From positions 1-64,000 of the forward strand of contig CP120459.1 of assembly GCA_034226945.1 (NCBI GenBank): DNA of 64,000 nucleotides, written 5' to 3'. The stretch comes from Picochlorum sp. SENEW3 (Eukaryota). A program made the translations under genes and the position numbers. Shown here piece after piece: positions 59,942 through 64,000 of this stretch. The notes beneath the pieces are model-generated. The model made no database searches. It was not told the origin of the DNA and saw only the letters and a program-made list of their open reading frames with translations. Numbering within the stretch: the first letter of the stretch is position 1; the number at the start of each line of letters is the position of its first letter.

Positions 59942-61569
59942 ATGACAGCGACTTTTTCTCCGATTTCACTTTCTGGAATACAGAATAGAACGCAGGATGA
60001 TCACGGTCTCGAGGGTGTTATTGGAGCATTAGAATCAATATGTGAACTAGAATCGCGCCTGAGACAGGCGATTCAGCAGACACACCCATTGTCAACGTCG
60101 TTGGATTGGGATTTTGAAGCTGCCGATCGCGAGCGGAAGGCACTGTTGTCCATCAGGTGCGTTTGGATATTTCAATACCACGATTAGTGTTTTTATTGCA
60201 TGGAATATGGTCAAGGGTGGTCGATTTATATTGCCAAGCCTTGTGTATGTTGGGCTCATAGTTTTCAAACTCGTCTGCAGCCAACAATTGGAGTATTTGG
60301 AAGACAAATTGAGAGAACTGCGATTCGTTGCATCGGGAGATGGAGAGCAGAAGGTATGTCTGTGTGTGGTGGTGCCTCGATGATGTTTTGTACGGTGATT
60401 GACCAGTTTGCATCCATCTTGGGCAGGGTATTCTGTTGGGTCAGCTGGATTCTGTCAGACGAGAACTGCTTGAAATTACCCGTGCAAATGTTGACAGAGT
60501 ATTGTATGCCAAAGATTTGGTGAAAGATATCCTGCTATTCGCTGCTGGAGAGGAGGAAGCAGACATGCTGGCAACTCCTGGCCGTCGAACCAATTTCTCC
60601 TCTGCTCAGGAGACTCCAAAAGGAAAGAGAACCCCAGTTGTGCCAGAATCTCTTGAAACAGATGACAAACGGTGGAATGGAAGGTTTACCGGAGATGCAG
60701 CACGGACGAGGCTGGACACAAAGGGAAGTTCTCCTTCCAAATGGTCTGAGGAGGAAATGAGGACAAGTCAGAGAAAGTATAGTACATTTTCTCGAACTTT
60801 GATGGTGACTGATGAAGATATATACGGACCAAAGCCTACAAACAGCACGCCAAACTCTCAGCGCTATGGGGGTACAGTCAAGGTAAAAGAGCTTCTTGCC
60901 AAGGCTGAAGAGGGGCTTTCTACTGTTGTAGAGGCCCAGTCTCAGCGTCGAACGGCGCCTCGCGTTTTGGATGAGGATACGGCGATGGGTGGGTCTTTTG
61001 CCAATGAATGGGACGAGATTGAATCGTTTGAAGGTCCAACAATAGCTCTTCCTTCTGGAGGGGTCCAAAGAGACGTGACCTCGTGGTCACAGCCTCGAGG
61101 TCTCATTTCAATCAGCCCAGAATCAAAGGACAAACGATCGACTCCTCTGAGGTCAGGGGGCTATGACGAGGCGAGAAGAAGAATAGAACCTCATTTACAT
61201 AGTGGTAGCTCGAATGGAATTGTCGTGACAGTGACCAAAATTGCTGGCCTTGCCATGATGTTGGGGGGCGTGGCAGCAGCAATCGTTGCAGTCTCCATTG
61301 CAGCGAATTCCAACCACACAGCTCCTAGAAAGAGAAAGACAACGAAAAAGACACGACAAAAAAAACGTTATACAAAAAAGTCACATGCCTTCCGAGGTGA
61401 GGCTGATGTTCCAACTCTTCAGGATCCAGAGGATGCAGTTGTTTTTGAGGAACGGGTTGAATGGAGTGATGACCACGATGACCAGCCTCCAGTCATGAAT
61501 GTGCACAGACCACCGTCTTCTCAAAATTTCCCTGCCAATCCTCCGGATGTATCAGTAGCTATGGGTTGA
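59942..61569 (+). CDS. PDV1/PDV2-like plastid-division outer-envelope protein (476 aa, 3 exons)
   Basis: Exons 59942-60156, 60281-60353, 60427-61569; coiled coil ERKALLSISQQLEYLEDKL..EQKGILLGQLDSVRRELLE..KDILLFAAGE; one TM; C-terminus PDVSVAMG*. Confidence 0.65.
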
Positions 61570-61570
61570 A

Positions 61571-62719
61571 TTAAATGTAATCAAATTCAATCTCTTTGCC
61601 ATAGACTCTAAATCTGTTCACATACATATCACGTAGGTATTTGTTGGAAGAATACTGTGATATGACAGTGGGCGTTGGGCCTCGACGAACGCCTCCTTTC
61701 GGTATCATTCTCCTCAAAAAGCCTTTGGAATCAATTTTAGCTGGCAAACCGTACAGAGCACCATACACTGTGGAGGTGACATGGTCCCTCAGCGAGAAGG
61801 CAAAATCTATATTCCTGGGATCTCTCCCGAATTCTCCGACAGAATATTGAATGGCTGCCAGATCAGCCCTATAGTGGGTCAAGCAGCGTTCTCTTGTCCG
61901 CGTGGCAAGAACGTCGGTGACAAGCAGCAGCAGGTCCACAATGCCCTTTTGGGCTCCAATCACTACATTCCCATTGATCAGCCCCAAATGACGCATTTTC
62001 TCTGCCATTGTGGAGCCAAAACAATCATGCAACATATCCATCATATCTGAAGACTGAGATACTTTGACTGCGCCCAGCTGGGGCCCTCCTTGCAGGGCCA
62101 ACACGATGCCTTGCCGAGGAATATATTGCTTCACAGATGTGTCTTGGAACGGATCACCCTGAAGAACCACATCACCCGCTGTTAGTACCAAAGCCACCCC
62201 AGTGTATTTCTCATTCATTTTTTCCATATACTTGAGCACACGCTGCAACGACTGAAGAGCCAATCGACCCGGCTTGGGCACCTCTTCATCATCATCCACA
62301 TCATCAACCAATGCGGGTCTCTCCACCTCGACAACTCTGACTTTATAATCCTTCAGGAGCTGCCCCACCTGACTATCTTTCGCAATATCATGCTCTGTAA
62401 ACAAAATGATGCTGTGGTCTGGTGCATAGGTTGCCCAGGACTGCACAAACACAGCCACCCTCTCTGCAGTTGTATTTGTAGCCACAGCAAACACTGCACG
62501 CCCTCCTGATCCACCCTGAAGGAAACCTGGCTTCTCTTCGTTCGAACGCACCATGCGGATCATATACAGACTGAGAGCGCACATCACCACCAGAGCGATC
62601 GCTGTCAACCATTGAGACGCCACCGACCACCGAGTTCCGTACCACAAGTCCCTCTCGGGGCGAGAATTCTGTCGACTAATTGCGGGCAACAGGCCCTGCC
62701 GACCCGTTCTTAATTTCAT
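61571..62719 (-). CDS. Type II membrane glycosyltransferase-like (GT-A) protein
   Basis: N-terminal TM; LTAGDVVLQGDPF, INGNVVIG. Confidence 0.6.
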   Translation of the reverse strand: MKLRTGRQGLLPAISRQNSRPERDLWYGTRWSVASQWLTAIALVVMCALSLYMIRMVRSNEEKPGFLQGGSGGRAVFAVATNTTAERVAVFVQSWATYAPDHSIILFTEHDIAKDSQVGQLLKDYKVRVVEVERPALVDDVDDDEEVPKPGRLALQSLQRVLKYMEKMNEKYTGVALVLTAGDVVLQGDPFQDTSVKQYIPRQGIVLALQGGPQLGAVKVSQSSDMMDMLHDCFGSTMAEKMRHLGLINGNVVIGAQKGIVDLLLLVTDVLATRTRERCLTHYRADLAAIQYSVGEFGRDPRNIDFAFSLRDHVTSTVYGALYGLPAKIDSKGFLRRMIPKGGVRRGPTPTVISQYSSNKYLRDMYVNRFRVYGKEIEFDYI

Positions 62720-63260
62720 ACGAATTTCTTACTCAAGAAAACAATCCCCGAAAAGGCGATTCCGTCCGAATATCGTGTGCCTTCCCTAACACACCACAGA
62801 CCGGTTGCAACAACCTCCAAGCGACGTCATATACGGATTCTACCGCATCACAATCATCCGATCTAGTACCCAATCAATGAAAGATTGCATCTTATTCATA
62901 TTATGAAAATAAATAGTAGTCCCGCACCCAACAGGCATCAAGACAAATGACTTGCAAGTACCAATTGGTTTGGGATGCAGCTAGCTGCAATTTAATTGCC
63001 ATGCCAGACTGGTACTGGTGAATACCAATCAAACCCACACCTGCAGGCTGCATTCAATAGCCAGAGATATTCTCTGAATGATAAATGCAAGGTCCTGTAT
63101 TCTATCAAGGGGTGGTTTGTCAGCAGCCATCAATTGATGTTCACTTTGCAATGTGAAGATTCCTAGTCTTTTTACAGAGCATGCATTGCATTCTACAAAC
63201 TCACTGGCTCTCAATGGGGGTGGCATCTATTCAAATGTTATATTCATTAGATTGACTGTA

Positions 63261-63508
63261 ATGATTCAACGGAAGCCAACGAGGATTGAATTGAAACCCC
63301 AGGATAAAGACGAGGTATAATTACATCTGCTTTTTCCCCGTTTCCCGTGCGATTTGTTCACATTGGGGTCTTTTATATGCAGTTTATTGCCAAGAGGCGT
63401 AAAGAAGAGAAAGAAAAAGAGGCTGCAATCGTTCCTGGAGGGGCAAAACCATCGAACGTCGCACAGAGAATTGGGTATACTGGACAGCGTGGTCGTCAGG
63501 AGTTTTGA
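63261..63508 (+). CDS. CDC26: APC/C subunit CDC26 (59 aa, 2 exons; absent from the ORF track)
   Basis: MIQRKPTRIELKPQDKDE|FIAKRR...AQRIGY; intron 63315-63382. Confidence 0.88.
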
Positions 63509-63602
63509 TAGGATTTGAATGCACCGGACTGTGAGATCAAAGTATATTACATCTCATTCACGGGATCTGTGTCGATATTTACCAAACAGGCGTGTCACGA
63601 GG

Positions 63603-64000
63603 ATGGCTGGAGAAAAGCAGGGTGAGGAGGCAGAGAAGAAGAAGAATGTCATTTCAGGGGAGGAGGTCGAGGTGAAATTACGCATACCAGATTCTGCATC
63701 ATTTGCTGCTGTGCAGTCTCTCTTGTTGCCTTCATTCAAGGCTATTCATGAGCAAGAGAATCACTTTTTTGATGGTGCCAAGGGGGAATTGTCAGCTGAA
63801 AAGGTTGTTCTGCGTGTGAGGTTTTATGGTGGTGATAGAAGGGCTGTGATCACGTGTAAAGGGAAGCAAGTGTTGGAAAACGGTGTTGGAAGAGCTCCGG
63901 AAGAGGAGGAAGAGATAGAGGTGGCGGTGGCAAGGGAGTTTTTGAAAGATCCTAGTACGCTTGTCAACCACGAGTCAACATTGATGAACAAGCTCAAAGA
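63603..64000 (+). CDS. TTM3: Triphosphate tunnel metalloenzyme 3 (CYTH), runs off window end
   Basis: EVEVKLR (ExExK), QENHFFDG..EL, VLRVRFY, K..LENGVGR..EEEE. Confidence 0.9.
   Translation, partial: MAGEKQGEEAEKKKNVISGEEVEVKLRIPDSASFAAVQSLLLPSFKAIHEQENHFFDGAKGELSAEKVVLRVRFYGGDRRAVITCKGKQVLENGVGRAPEEEEEIEVAVAREFLKDPSTLVNHESTLMNKLK

Overview
Eukaryotic nuclear DNA from a very compact green-algal genome. Short GT-AG introns, tiny intergenic spacers, plastid-targeted genes and a PSR1-type regulator fit a trebouxiophyte such as Picochlorum (inference). Bases 1-~6,000 form a gene-free, subtelomere-like zone: C/A-skewed low-complexity DNA, nested direct and inverted repeats, decayed transposase-like fragments, and a broken C-terminal fragment of a Fanzor1 (eukaryotic TnpB/OMEGA) nuclease. 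From ~6,030 onward about 38 tightly packed protein genes follow (GGT, Mini-III, R2R3-MYB, a bacterial-type ThDP enzyme, BRO1/ALIX, OTC, PTH2, KEA, PWP1, ACK-PSR1-PAT, rps20, IspD, GlyRS, NDUFA7, ARL1, ZNF598 and others). Top observations: (1) a 3-exon gene (59942-61569) with the architecture and motifs of PDV1/PDV2 plastid-division proteins, usually described as land-plant specific; (2) the Fanzor1 relic; (3) the CDC26 uORF-TTM3 bicistronic arrangement at the right edge; (4) a 635-bp PIF/Harbinger-type MITE with perfect 36-bp TIRs and a TTA duplication; (5) an ACK-PSR1-PAT cluster. Gene models were spliced by eye and family calls come from remembered motifs, not database searches.
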